From positions 187 to 64,186 of the forward strand of contig JAZBLP010000009.1 of assembly GCA_037033305.1 (NCBI GenBank): DNA of 64,000 nucleotides, read 5' to 3'. The position numbers were made by a program, and so were the translations under genes. Origin of the DNA: Actinomycetota bacterium. GTDB lineage: Bacteria; Actinomycetota; Actinomycetes; Actinomycetales; Microbacteriaceae. The notes beneath the pieces were generated by a model that was not told the origin of the DNA, made no database searches, and saw only the letters and a list, made by a program, of their open reading frames with translations. This document shows positions 23,312-33,115 of this stretch, piece by piece; within the stretch, counting starts at the first letter, position 1; every line of letters begins with the position of its first letter.

Positions 23312-24079
23312 TCAGTGCAGGATTCGGGAGAGGAAGGTCTGGGTGCGCTCGTGTTGCGGACGCACGAGCACGTCGTCGGGCGAGCCGCTCTCGACGACGA
23401 CCCCGTCGGCCATGAACACGACCTGATCGCTGACCTCTCTGGCGAAGCCGAGCTCGTGCGTGACGACCATCATGGTCATCCCCTCTGCGGCGAGGTCCCG
23501 CATGACCGCGAGGACCTCGCCGACGAGCTCGGGGTCGAGCGCCGAGGTCGGCTCGTCGAACAGCATGAGCTTCGGCTTCATGGCCAATGCCCGGGCGATC
23601 GCGATGCGCTGCTGCTGACCACCCGAGAGCTCTTGCGGATACGACGACGCCTTCTCGCCGAGGCCGACCCGCGCGAGCAGCATCTTCGCTTCGCCCACGA
23701 CCTCCGCCCGCGGACGTCCCAGCACCTGAATCGGTCCCTCGATCACGTTCTCCAGGACCGTTCGGTGCGGAAAGAGGTTGAAGCGCTGGAAGACCATGCC
23801 GGTGTGGCGACGGGTCTTCGCGATCGCCGACTCCCTCGCCTCGACCAGGCGCCCCCGGTGGCGGGTCGCGCCGACCAGCTCGCGATCCACGAGGATGATC
23901 CCCGCATCGACCGTCTCGAGGCGGTTGACGCAGCGCAGCAGCGTCGTCTTGCCTGATCCACTCGGGCCTATCAGACACGTCACCGAACCGGCGGGGATCT
24001 GAAGCGAGACGTCCGTGAGCACCGTGTTGTGCCCGAAGGCCTTGCGGACTCCGCGGATCTCGACCATGTTGCGAGTCAT
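23312..24079 (-). CDS. Polar amino-acid ABC transporter ATP-binding protein
   Basis: Track ORF. Walker [10 protein letters not shown], signature [15 protein letters not shown], Walker [13 protein letters not shown]. Confidence 0.93.
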   Translation of the reverse strand: MTRNMVEIRGVRKAFGHNTVLTDVSLQIPAGSVTCLIGPSGSGKTTLLRCVNRLETVDAGIILVDRELVGATRHRGRLVEARESAIAKTRRHTGMVFQRFNLFPHRTVLENVIEGPIQVLGRPRAEVVGEAKMLLARVGLGEKASSYPQELSGGQQQRIAIARALAMKPKLMLFDEPTSALDPELVGEVLAVMRDLAAEGMTMMVVTHELGFAREVSDQVVFMADGVVVESGSPDDVLVRPQHERTQTFLSRILH

Positions 24080-25017
24080 GCGACCTGCTCCTTCGACTTC
24101 TTGACCCGCACGACCCGACGCGGGGTGAAGCCGCGCCCGTACCGCTCTTCGAGTCGCGACTGCACGACACTGAGCACCGTGGTCAGCACCAGGTACCAGA
24201 TGCAGGCGACGAGCAGCAACGGGATGACCTCGTAGTTGAGCGAGTAGATCGACTGCACGGCATACAGCAGGTCGGAGATCGCGAGCACGCTGACGAGCGA
24301 TGTCCCCTTCAGCATCGAGATGACCTGGTTCCCCGTGGGCGGGATGACGACGCGCATCGCCTGGGGCAGCACGACGCGACGCAGCAGCGTCGACCGCGTC
24401 ATGCCCAGGGCTCTTCCGGCATCCAGCTGCCCCTCATCGACCGACGAGATGCCGCTACGGATGATCTCGGCCATATAGGCCGCCTCGTTCAACGACAGAC
24501 CGAGCAGAGCGGCGCCGAGCGGGGTGATCAGGACGTTGGCGGAGCCGATGACGATGCTCGGGCCGCCGAACGGGAGACCCACGGCGATGACCGGATACAG
24601 CGCTGCGATGTTGTACCAGAAGATCAGCTGCACGAGCAGCGGAGTGCCCCGGAAGAACCACACGTAGACGCCGCTCACGCCTGCGAACACGGCGTTTCCG
24701 GAGACACGCATGATCGCGAGCACCACCCCGAGGATGATGCCCGAGGTCATCGAGGTGACCGTCAGCACGAGTGTCAGCAGCATGCCCTGGAGCACCTGCG
24801 GGTCGAACAGGTAGGCCCCGACCACAGGCCATCCGAAACGCGGATTGGTGGCGACGTCGATCAGGAAGAACGCGACGAAGAGGCAGAGCAGCACGCCGCC
24901 GATGAGGATGCCGAAGCGCCGGCGCTTGTGCACCTCGAGCGACGTGAGGGTGCGCTGCATACCTGTCACACCGGCGGGCTCTCCCGTCACGCGGGCGCCC
25001 TCATCGTTCAGGGTCAT
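24076..25017 (-). CDS. Amino-acid ABC transporter permease
   Basis: Track ORF. EAA loop [30 protein letters not shown] and multiple TM segments. Confidence 0.9.
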   Translation of the reverse strand: MTLNDEGARVTGEPAGVTGMQRTLTSLEVHKRRRFGILIGGVLLCLFVAFFLIDVATNPRFGWPVVGAYLFDPQVLQGMLLTLVLTVTSMTSGIILGVVLAIMRVSGNAVFAGVSGVYVWFFRGTPLLVQLIFWYNIAALYPVIAVGLPFGGPSIVIGSANVLITPLGAALLGLSLNEAAYMAEIIRSGISSVDEGQLDAGRALGMTRSTLLRRVVLPQAMRVVIPPTGNQVISMLKGTSLVSVLAISDLLYAVQSIYSLNYEVIPLLLVACIWYLVLTTVLSVVQSRLEERYGRGFTPRRVVRVKKSKEQVA

Positions 25018-25022
25018 GCTCG

Positions 25023-25928
25023 TCAGCCCTGCGCCGCGTTCACGCGCGCTTCGGTGATCGCCATCGACTCGAGCCCGTAGTCGGCGAGCAGCCGCGCGTA
25101 CTCGGGCGAGGCGATGATGGCGTCGAGCGCGGCGGCGATCGCCTCGAGGGTCCCCGAGTCGTGAGGGATGCCGACGGCGACCGGCGCGAAGTCGTTCTCG
25201 TCTCCGACCTCGAGCTTCGGGTCCTGCGCGACCGCGTATCCCAGAATCGGGGAGTCGGCGTAGACGACGTCCGCACGGTCGCTGAGCAGTGCGGAGATGG
25301 CCTGACGGGTGTCCTGGAACTGGAGGATCTCGAGTGGCTTCCGCCCCGCATCCTCACACGCCTGATCGAGCCCTGGCACGTTGACGGTGAGCTGATACGA
25401 GCCCTTCAGCACCGCCACCCGCTTGCCGCACATCCCGTCGAAGTCGAGCTTCTGGGGATTTCCGGCCGGCACCGCCAGAGCACTTCCCATCTGCACGTAG
25501 TCGACGAAGTCGAGCTGCTCCATGCGCTCCTGCGTCGGGGTCATCGACGAGACCGTGAGGTCATATCGCCCCGCGCTCATGCCCGGAATGATCGTGTCGA
25601 AGGTCGTCACCTCGATCTTCAGGTCGAGACCCAATGCCCCTGCGAGCAGCCGCGCGATATCGGGGTTGATGCCCGTCATCTCCTGGGTGCCCTCGCGGTA
25701 GAACTGGGTCGGCGGCTCGTTCGTGGGGATCGCGACCCGCAGCGTCCCGCCGTCCTGCAGCTCATCCGGGAGCAGGGCGATGGCGTTCGCCACCGGCTCC
25801 ATCGTCACCTCATCGGCAGCGGACTCCGGAGGTTCCTCCTGCGCGGCACAGCCGCCGAGGGCCGCGACCAGACCGAGTGCCGCGATGATCGCCATCGATC
25901 CGCGGCGCGAGAGGGGAATGCGGGTCAT
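25023..25928 (-). CDS. Amino-acid ABC transporter substrate-binding lipoprotein
   Basis: Only the last 301 codons of the 975-aa track ORF 25023..27950 are credible. They start at ATG 25928: MTRIPLSRRGSMAIIAALGLVAALGGCAAQ (lipobox), followed by type-3 SBP-like sequence. Confidence 0.85.
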   Translation of the reverse strand: MTRIPLSRRGSMAIIAALGLVAALGGCAAQEEPPESAADEVTMEPVANAIALLPDELQDGGTLRVAIPTNEPPTQFYREGTQEMTGINPDIARLLAGALGLDLKIEVTTFDTIIPGMSAGRYDLTVSSMTPTQERMEQLDFVDYVQMGSALAVPAGNPQKLDFDGMCGKRVAVLKGSYQLTVNVPGLDQACEDAGRKPLEILQFQDTRQAISALLSDRADVVYADSPILGYAVAQDPKLEVGDENDFAPVAVGIPHDSGTLEAIAAALDAIIASPEYARLLADYGLESMAITEARVNAAQG

Positions 25929-26099
25929 GTGAGCGTCCTGACTGGGCGAAGACGCCCTGAATCCATCGGGAAAGGGAAATTGATGGTCGGAATTCTCACG
26001 AGGTCCTCGTCGACCTCGTACTCTCAGTCTTGCGGCCCACCCGTCCGACCGATATGTAGATTCCTCCCCTCCTGGACGACGATGAATGGAGAAGGCTCC

Positions 26100-27701
26100 A
26101 TGACCGAAATATCGGAGCGATCCCTGTCGAGCGAGCCCACGCTGAACGAGGCGCTGTTCGTCAGCGACGGCATGCTCTCGCTGGTCGGAGACCGACGGGC
26201 GAAGGCCACGGCCTTCACAGGCGTGGTGTTCTTCGATCCGACCGCCGACGCCGCGGAGTACCGTGACCGCATCGTCCTCGCCGCGGGCACGGCGTCGTCG
26301 GACGTCGACCTCGCAGATCTGGCAGAGCTGCTCGCTGCGGCAGGGGCGGCTGCCCTGGTGGTGAGGCGTGACGAACGCGGCATCGTGGCCACCGAGGACA
26401 GGGGCGGCGGAGCCGTCGAGCTGCCCGTCCTCCACCTCGTCGGCGGTGACTGGGCCCATCTCGCCACCGTGCTGCGATCGCTGCTCGGCTCGCACTCGGT
26501 CGGACGTGTCACCGGCGTGCGGCCGGGTGACCTCTTCGGTCTCGCGAACGCGCTGGCGACGCTCGCCGAAGGAGCCGTCAGCATCGTGGACGCCACCGGC
26601 CAGGTCGTCGGGTACTCCACCCACAGCGAGCAGCCGATCGACGACATCCGTCGACGGACCACGCTGCTCCTGGAAGAGGAGGTCCCGGTCTCCTCGGACA
26701 CGGACTATCAGTCCCTCCTCCGCGCCGCCGGTGCGCGACACTTCCCTTCCGAGACCGACCAGTTCGGCAGGGTCGGCATCGCGGTGCGCGCGTCGGGTGA
26801 GCTTCTCGGGTCGATCTGGGTGATACAGATCGACCCCGCCCACGCTGCTCGCACTCAGACGCTCCTGGACGAGATGGAGCCGATCGCGGCACAGCACCTC
26901 CTGCGGGTGCGCGAGGATGCGGCAGATCGAGATCAGCGGACGTCCGGCCTGCTGCGCACCCTGCTCGAAGACGGACGACATGCCCGCACCGCGGCGTCGC
27001 ACCTGCTGATCCGTCCAGAGGCGGGCTGCACGATCGTCTGCTTCCGCGTGAACACGTTCGACGCCGTCGAGGCCATGCGCGGATTGCACCGACTCCTGCA
27101 TCTGGCGATCAGCGCGTCGAGTGCGGCGTTTCCCGGTTCGCACAGCGCCGTCATCGGCTCGCAGGTCGTGACGCTCATCCCCGGCACGATCGCCGCACGG
27201 GTGCAGACGTTCGCCCAATCGGTCGTCCGCACCGATGCAGCGCTGCTCGCGGGAATCGGCACACGCGCGTATGACATCAACGGGATCGCCCGCTCCCACC
27301 GCGAGGCCGGGGCGACGGCAGGCGTCCTGCTGACTTCGGCGGTCTCCGACGAGCGTCACCGGATGACCCGAGTGGCGACGTTCGACGAGATGCGGGATCG
27401 CCTCGCGATCCTGCAGGTCACCGACCTGATCGAGGACCTCGACGCGGCGGTGGGCGACTCGGCGAGCATCCTGGCCGACCACGACGCCGCACAGGGCACG
27501 GATCTGACGCGCACCATGCGCGTCTACCTCGACCAGCTCGGCAGCGTGCGCGAAACGGCGACGGCGCTGCACGTTCACCAGAACACCGTCCGATATCGGC
27601 TCGAGGTCGTGCGCAACGAGCTCGGGATCGACCTCGACTCTCCGGACACGCGGCTCTGGCTCTGGCTTCGGCTGTCGGCGCCCGCGCGCACGGCGATGTG
27701 A
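26100..27701 (+). CDS. PucR/CdaR family transcriptional regulator
   Basis: The credible part of track ORF 25161..27701 starts at ATG 26100 (GGAGAAGG upstream; alternative ATG 26082). C-terminal HTH: RETATALHVHQNTVRYRLEVVRNELG. Confidence 0.82.
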   Translation: MTEISERSLSSEPTLNEALFVSDGMLSLVGDRRAKATAFTGVVFFDPTADAAEYRDRIVLAAGTASSDVDLADLAELLAAAGAAALVVRRDERGIVATEDRGGGAVELPVLHLVGGDWAHLATVLRSLLGSHSVGRVTGVRPGDLFGLANALATLAEGAVSIVDATGQVVGYSTHSEQPIDDIRRRTTLLLEEEVPVSSDTDYQSLLRAAGARHFPSETDQFGRVGIAVRASGELLGSIWVIQIDPAHAARTQTLLDEMEPIAAQHLLRVREDAADRDQRTSGLLRTLLEDGRHARTAASHLLIRPEAGCTIVCFRVNTFDAVEAMRGLHRLLHLAISASSAAFPGSHSAVIGSQVVTLIPGTIAARVQTFAQSVVRTDAALLAGIGTRAYDINGIARSHREAGATAGVLLTSAVSDERHRMTRVATFDEMRDRLAILQVTDLIEDLDAAVGDSASILADHDAAQGTDLTRTMRVYLDQLGSVRETATALHVHQNTVRYRLEVVRNELGIDLDSPDTRLWLWLRLSAPARTAM

Positions 27702-27705
27702 GCGA

Positions 27706-29652
27706 TCATTCGATCGCCGCCGGCAACAGCACCGACAGTCCCGCGCGACCCGTGGACCGATCGATGTACCGGGCGGCGACGAACGGCTGATCGACGCCGA
27801 AGCGGACGACGATGCCGTCGTCGTCGTCGTCGGTCGCGAGCCGCACCGTGCGCGACCGCCCCTGCTCATCGAGCAGCTCGACCCACGCATCCGGTGCGGC
27901 ACGCAGATGCAGACAGCTGACCGCGACGAGCGATGCCTCAGGACAGGCATCGTGGTCTGCGGCGGCGATCGTCGGCGTCGCGAAGGTCAGCGGCCCCATC
28001 ACCTCCGCCGACTCGGTGACTCCGGTCGCCGCGTCGTACTGCCTCACGCTGAGCGTCATGCCCTGACGCAGGGCTTCACCCGAGACGTCGAGCACGAATG
28101 CGCCATCCTCGTCGATCGCCCCGGTGTCGAGCATGACGCCTGCCTCGTCGGTCACCGTGACGACCGCGCCTGCAGCGCCGACCCCCTCGATCAGTTCCGG
28201 CACGAGAGAGTCCTGGACGATCGGCTGAGTGATGCGGAACTCCACCGGATCGACGGGCGGCGGTGGTGTCTCAGGCGGTCGATCGGTCGGGGCCGGTGTG
28301 GGGGTGTGAACCACTGTGGACGGGTCCGGTACGAGACTGACCGGCGCCTGCGGGAGCTGGCTCGCGGCGACGGGCGCGGGACTCTCCGGTGCACGACTCG
28401 CGTCCGAACGGGGCTCCGGTTCCGGATAGAGCTCGGGCTCCGGCGACGGCAGGGGCGTCGGTGCGGGCGTCGGCTGGGGCGTCGGCTCCGATGCGGGCGG
28501 CTGAGCCGGGGTGCGCGGCAGAGCTTCGAGAACAGGGCCTGCCTCACCGGAGACCGACGCCTCGGAGATCGATCGGGTCAAATCGGAATCGTTCGACTCC
28601 TCGGCTGACAGGCTCAGGATGCTGCCCGCCAGCATGATGGCTCCTACCGCGACGACGGCGGTCGCCACCACAGCCGCCATGCCGCCCGCTGGCACCACCG
28701 CCGCTGCTCCGTGCGCGGCGACTGGCGCCCCCACGCCGATCGAAGAGGGTGCCGCATCGGCCCAGCCGGACGACCCGGTAGACCCGGTAGACCCCACCAT
28801 CGGGGCTGCCGCCAACGGGATTACTCCCGTGACCTCGGCCTCGGCGGAGGCGTCGCCGGTGTAGATCGCGGCCGCCACACCGCCCAGCAGCGCCGCGGGC
28901 AGGATCGACCGCAGCCGCTGCGAGACGCTGTCGATCTCAGCCGCGACGATACGGCAGCCGCCGCATACGCTCATGTGCTCTCTGAGTCGATCGGCATCGC
29001 CGGCCACGACCGACCGACCGCGTCTGTCGACGACTCGCTCGCAGAACCACCTGCAGTCCTCAGATCGAGAAGGATCGTGGATGTGCGCCTCGAGCCAGGC
29101 CCGTCTGAAGCTGTCGCGTGCGCGCGCGGCCAGGGCGGAGACCGCATTGGCCGTCATCCCCATCAGTGGCGCGAGCTCTCGAGGCTTCATGCCCTCGACC
29201 TCGAGGTACCAGAGCAGGGTGCGATGACGAGCCGACAGTGTGCCGAACACGGCCGCGATGCTGGACCGTTCGGCGATGCGCTCGAACGCATCGCTCCCGT
29301 CCGATGAGAGATCCCCCTCCGAGATCAGGTCGATCGACAAGTCGGTCCCGTTGCGAGACCATCGCGCTGCCGTGTTGCGCAGCGTGGCGAGGAGGTACGG
29401 CCGGAACGCATCGTTCGGCCCACCGCCCGCCTTGGTCACTCTGAGTATCGACGCGAACGCCTCGCTCACGAGGTCATCGGGATCCGACGCGGGCGAGATC
29501 GCTCGCGCAGCTCGGCGGGCGGATTCGACATGACGCCGCCACAGCAGGGCGAAGTCACCGAGGTCTCCACCCCGCACGGCCTCGATGATCTGAGCATCGG
29601 ACGGTTCCCCCGAGATGTCATCATCGCCGTCGAGATGCGGGCGCAGGATCAT
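27706..29652 (-). CDS. ECF sigma factor fused to zinc-finger anti-sigma motif, TM segment, Pro-rich linker and extracellular Ig-like domain (paralog of 20228..22102)
   Basis: Track ORF. Contains DPDDLVSEAFASILR, TLLWYLEVEGMKPRELAPLMGMTANAVSALAARARDSF and HMSVCGGC. Hydrophobic segments, then a Pro-rich stretch (PTPQPTPAPTPLPSPEPELYPEPEP), then a beta-rich C-terminus. Confidence 0.85.
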   Translation of the reverse strand: MILRPHLDGDDDISGEPSDAQIIEAVRGGDLGDFALLWRRHVESARRAARAISPASDPDDLVSEAFASILRVTKAGGGPNDAFRPYLLATLRNTAARWSRNGTDLSIDLISEGDLSSDGSDAFERIAERSSIAAVFGTLSARHRTLLWYLEVEGMKPRELAPLMGMTANAVSALAARARDSFRRAWLEAHIHDPSRSEDCRWFCERVVDRRGRSVVAGDADRLREHMSVCGGCRIVAAEIDSVSQRLRSILPAALLGGVAAAIYTGDASAEAEVTGVIPLAAAPMVGSTGSTGSSGWADAAPSSIGVGAPVAAHGAAAVVPAGGMAAVVATAVVAVGAIMLAGSILSLSAEESNDSDLTRSISEASVSGEAGPVLEALPRTPAQPPASEPTPQPTPAPTPLPSPEPELYPEPEPRSDASRAPESPAPVAASQLPQAPVSLVPDPSTVVHTPTPAPTDRPPETPPPPVDPVEFRITQPIVQDSLVPELIEGVGAAGAVVTVTDEAGVMLDTGAIDEDGAFVLDVSGEALRQGMTLSVRQYDAATGVTESAEVMGPLTFATPTIAAADHDACPEASLVAVSCLHLRAAPDAWVELLDEQGRSRTVRLATDDDDDGIVVRFGVDQPFVAARYIDRSTGRAGLSVLLPAAIE

Positions 29653-29706
29653 GCTGCTCCGGATGCTGTCGAGTCCCGCATCGCGGGTGGAGCGCCGAAG
29701 ACGGAT

Positions 29707-29739
29707 GAGAGACGAGGCAGTGGGGATGCCTCGTCTCTC
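29707..29739. terminator. 13-bp perfect-stem hairpin between the sortase genes and the sigma-fusion gene
   Basis: GAGAGACGAGGCA (29707-29719) pairs with TGCCTCGTCTCTC (29727-29739) across a 7-nt loop. No clear U-tract. Confidence 0.5.
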
Positions 29740-29911
29740 CGACTCTCGTAAGGGTCGATTCCGCTCTGAGAAGGTTCGGCCGGGGAGTGGTCGACCTCTG
29801 CTGCGCGGGCGTCGGCCGGGAACCCGACGCGAGGCCGATGGCCATACCTACAAGACCGGTATGACCGGAAAACATGACGGGCGGACTCGGAGATTCTCGC
29901 CGTGCACGACA

Positions 29912-30505
29912 TCAGCTGCCACCCGCCGCCGGGTCGACGGGCGCGAGCGACAGGAAGCGCATCTTGTTCTCGCCGTAGAAGCACGTCTGCACCATGAACT
30001 CCCCCGTCATGCCGGCGAGTTCTTCGACGTCCGACCATTTGGGTGTGTGCCGTTCCTCGACCACCTCATAGACCACGTCGGAGCCTTCGACGGAGACCCG
30101 CTGCCCGAGCTCCCAGCCGAGGATCACGTCGCCCCCGCAGTTGTTGTGCGCGGCGAACAGCGGCAGCACATCGTCGATGCGGTAGCTGACCATCTCGGTG
30201 AAAGTGCCGTCGCACCGGTCGAGCTCGACCATTCCGCCCTCGACTCCGAGTCTGATGACGGGCAGCTCGTCGGGCGAGAAGATCTCATGGAACGTCTTCA
30301 GCACCGAGACTCTGGCGTCACCGGTCACCTTGTCGACGGCATCGGGGGCGAGCACGGATGCAGCGAGGAAGGAGGCGCCCAGCCCGACGAGGAGGATGCT
30401 GGCGGACAGCAGACCGAGCCGTCGCCGCGGCCGGCGACGCGTGCCGGGCTCGTCGGGTTCATCGCCGTTCGAGGCGGCGAGGTCCACTGCGATGTCGACA
30501 GTCAT
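29912..30505 (-). CDS. Sortase-fold protein (possible class E/F-like second sortase)
   Basis: Track ORF 29912..30625 trimmed to ATG 30505 (ATGA overlap with the upstream sortase stop). It has a TM anchor LGLLSASILLVGLGASFLAA, His in LFAAHNN, GDVILGWELGQRVSV, and Cys in FMVQTCFY followed by KMRF. Confidence 0.5.
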   Translation of the reverse strand: MTVDIAVDLAASNGDEPDEPGTRRRPRRRLGLLSASILLVGLGASFLAASVLAPDAVDKVTGDARVSVLKTFHEIFSPDELPVIRLGVEGGMVELDRCDGTFTEMVSYRIDDVLPLFAAHNNCGGDVILGWELGQRVSVEGSDVVYEVVEERHTPKWSDVEELAGMTGEFMVQTCFYGENKMRFLSLAPVDPAAGGS

Positions 30506-31464
30506 GAGTCGGATGCCGCGGCGACGTGCGTCGATCGCCGGCCACTGCGGTTCTTCCGGGTGCGGCGAGGCTTGACGATGATGAAGGTGAGTGCAGGCAC
30601 CCCCACGACGAGCAGCGCCCACCACGGGAAACCTGCCGGGTCGGTGGTGTCCGAGATGGTCGTCACGGAGGAGTCATCGGCCGGAGCGGCGATGCGCTCC
30701 GCGCGCACGAGCAGCCGGTGCGTGTTGACGCCCGTGGGCGTGCATGTGACGAGCGTGAGGTAGTCCTTGCCTGCGACCTGACGCAGCTCTTCCGCGTCGT
30801 CGGGAAGAACGGTCTTGGTCTGATCGACCTCGTAGTAGAGGTCTTCGCCCACAGCGCTGACGATGATGACGTCGCCCTTGACGAGTTCGTCGATGTCGTC
30901 GAAGAGTGTGGCCTGCACGAAGCCGTTGTGGCCGGTGAGCACCGAGTGCGTCCCTGGGCCTCCGACCGGAAGCGATGAGCCGTAGAGGTGTCCGATGCCG
31001 CGGGACAGCGTGTCTTCGTCGGTGCCGTGGAAGACCGGCAGGTCGACGTGGATGCGCGGAATGCGAATCCGCGCCATGGTGTCGGTCCCCTCGGTGGTCA
31101 GAGTGTCGAAGTACGCCGCAGCTCCCTCACCGATCGCTGTCTGCTGGCCGTCTGCGCCGAGGGCGTACGGGTCGCGCAGCGGCCCGGTCGGAAGATTCTC
31201 GTTGTACTTCTCAGCGGCGGCGAGCATCTCGTCGACCGCCTCATCCGGGATCTGCTCGACCGACTGGACGTATCCGTCGACGTCGGTGTCGTGGCTCCAG
31301 GCGGAGAACCACGAGGCCGCGGTCGGGTAGACGAGGACCACGATGCCGATGGTCGCGATGAGCATGACGATCGACTGGCTCCATCCCCACCGCGCCTTCT
31401 GGGCGGTGGCACCCATACCGGGTCGCACGGGGGCATCCGGCATGGACGCGTCGATGAGGGTCAT
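30502..31464 (-). CDS. Class C (pilin-polymerising) sortase
   Basis: Track ORF. Contains THSVLTGHNG, YLTLVTCTPTGVNTHRLLVRAERI and a C-terminal TM anchor. Confidence 0.9.
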   Translation of the reverse strand: MTLIDASMPDAPVRPGMGATAQKARWGWSQSIVMLIATIGIVVLVYPTAASWFSAWSHDTDVDGYVQSVEQIPDEAVDEMLAAAEKYNENLPTGPLRDPYALGADGQQTAIGEGAAAYFDTLTTEGTDTMARIRIPRIHVDLPVFHGTDEDTLSRGIGHLYGSSLPVGGPGTHSVLTGHNGFVQATLFDDIDELVKGDVIIVSAVGEDLYYEVDQTKTVLPDDAEELRQVAGKDYLTLVTCTPTGVNTHRLLVRAERIAAPADDSSVTTISDTTDPAGFPWWALLVVGVPALTFIIVKPRRTRKNRSGRRSTHVAAASDS

Positions 31465-31566
31465 GCTGCGCTTTCTGATCGGAGCGGCGGGAAGAACACG
31501 GTGGATAGGAATGGGCCGTGCGGGGGAAGGGACCTCTTCACCTCCCCCGCACGGCCGGTCTTCGCG

Positions 31567-33048
31567 TTACGCCTGGGCTGCGGCCTTGCGGCGGCTGCGG
31601 ATGGCGAGCAGGACCGCTCCTCCGAGCAGCATGACGCCGCCGGCGAGGAACAGGGTCGTGCCGGTGCCACCGGTCAGCGGCAGGGTGAAGCCCGCGTTCG
31701 ACGGAACGTTGACGACCTCGAGGTCTAAGCCCACCGCCGAAGTGGCGGCGGTGACGGTGAACTCGATCGGAGCTGCGAGCAGCTCGAACCCGTCGGGAGC
31801 GACGGTCTCGGCGAGCCAGTACGACTGGTAGCCGTCTTCACCCACGGCGACAGTGGCGTTGTCCGCCCAGTCGGAGTACCGCAGACCCGAGATGGTCACG
31901 GTGCCGTCAGCGGCGACCGCGAACTCCGTCGAACCGGCGAGCGCGATGGCGTTGGTGCCGTCGATCGCGTCCTGCTCGGTCGGGTACACGGAGAACACAG
32001 CACCGGTGAGCGGTGCGCCGGCCTTGTCGGTCTTCTCGACCGTGATGTCGCCCCACTTGGTGATGACCTCGGGGGTGACGGTCGGTCCGCCGTGCTGTCC
32101 GGGTGCGACGGTGTACGAACCGGCGTTCGGGTAGAGCACTGCCGTGTTGGCGATCTCGCCGACCGTGTTGACCTCGGCGGTGATGACGACCTGGACCTCG
32201 GTGGCGGGGTGAGCCGCGAGCACGGCGCGACCAGCGGCGGTGAACTCGACCGTGACCGCGTTGGTCGCGGCGTCGTGCACGACCGTGTAGTCACCCGCAG
32301 CGAGCGGGGTTCCGTCGACGAGCGTCACAGCGGCGCTCACGTAGTCGAGCTTGGCATCGAGCGCGTCGACGATCTTGTAGCCGTCGATGACCGCGACGTT
32401 CGGGATGTCACCGGTGATCGTGAAGTCGATCTCATCGCCGAGCTTGATGTCGGCCGAGTCCTCGACGGTCTTGGTCGCCTCGGTGAGGGCGTTCTTCGGG
32501 TAGACGTGCACGTCGTACAGCCAGGTGCTGTCATCGGCGGGGTCGGTGAGGGGGACCGTCACGAGGAAGGGAGCCACGCCGGTCGAACCGGCCAGCGGCG
32601 CCGTCTCGACCACGAAGTACAGGCCGAGGTCGAGGTTCGCCAGAGCGACCTCGCCGTTCGCGTCGGTCAGCGTCTGCCCGCCGACGGCGCTGGCAGTGTA
32701 TCCGGCAGCCGTGATGTCGGCCACGCTGTCGGGGCCGAGGTCGGCGAGATCGTTCGCGTCGACCCAGCCCTGGTTGCTGGTCAGGTCGATCGCGTCGACC
32801 TTGTAGACCGTGAAGCCCACGCCGGGCAGCGGTGTCAGCGCGACGTTCTGCTCGGTGCCGTCGTTCGGCAGGCCGGTGGGCGTCTCGGGCGCCTCGAACT
32901 TGTGGATCGTCAGCGAACCGACGGCGTCCGGGTCTACGAGGTTGGGCGTCGCGGCGCTTGCAGGCGCTGCGAGGGTCAGCGCGGCAACGCCTGCGACGAG
33001 CAGACCTGCCGCGACGCGGGATCCGCGTCCGTTGTTGGGAGTGTTCAC
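31567..33048 (-). CDS. Major (backbone) pilin, LPXTG-anchored, isopeptide-forming
   Basis: Track ORF 31567..33144 trimmed to GTG 33048 (signal peptide VNTPNNGRGSRVAAGLLVAGVAALTLAAPASA). Pilin motif VHVYPKN, E-box YWLAETVAPDGFEL, sorting signal LPLTGG + TM + RSRRK. Confidence 0.88.
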   Translation of the reverse strand: MNTPNNGRGSRVAAGLLVAGVAALTLAAPASAATPNLVDPDAVGSLTIHKFEAPETPTGLPNDGTEQNVALTPLPGVGFTVYKVDAIDLTSNQGWVDANDLADLGPDSVADITAAGYTASAVGGQTLTDANGEVALANLDLGLYFVVETAPLAGSTGVAPFLVTVPLTDPADDSTWLYDVHVYPKNALTEATKTVEDSADIKLGDEIDFTITGDIPNVAVIDGYKIVDALDAKLDYVSAAVTLVDGTPLAAGDYTVVHDAATNAVTVEFTAAGRAVLAAHPATEVQVVITAEVNTVGEIANTAVLYPNAGSYTVAPGQHGGPTVTPEVITKWGDITVEKTDKAGAPLTGAVFSVYPTEQDAIDGTNAIALAGSTEFAVAADGTVTISGLRYSDWADNATVAVGEDGYQSYWLAETVAPDGFELLAAPIEFTVTAATSAVGLDLEVVNVPSNAGFTLPLTGGTGTTLFLAGGVMLLGGAVLLAIRSRRKAAAQA

Positions 33049-33115
33049 TGTGTCTCTCTCTAGGTGGCCAGGTCGCCCTGGTGGGTTACAGGTGGTGGAT
33101 CGTGAGAACTGCAGA

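Noticed and set aside
25023-27950. 975-aa minus-strand track ORF
   Set aside because: Only the last 301 codons (from ATG 25928, with signal peptide and lipobox) look like a protein. The upstream 670 codons are Arg/Gly/Asp-rich antisense read-through of the PucR regulator gene, a typical high-GC artefact.
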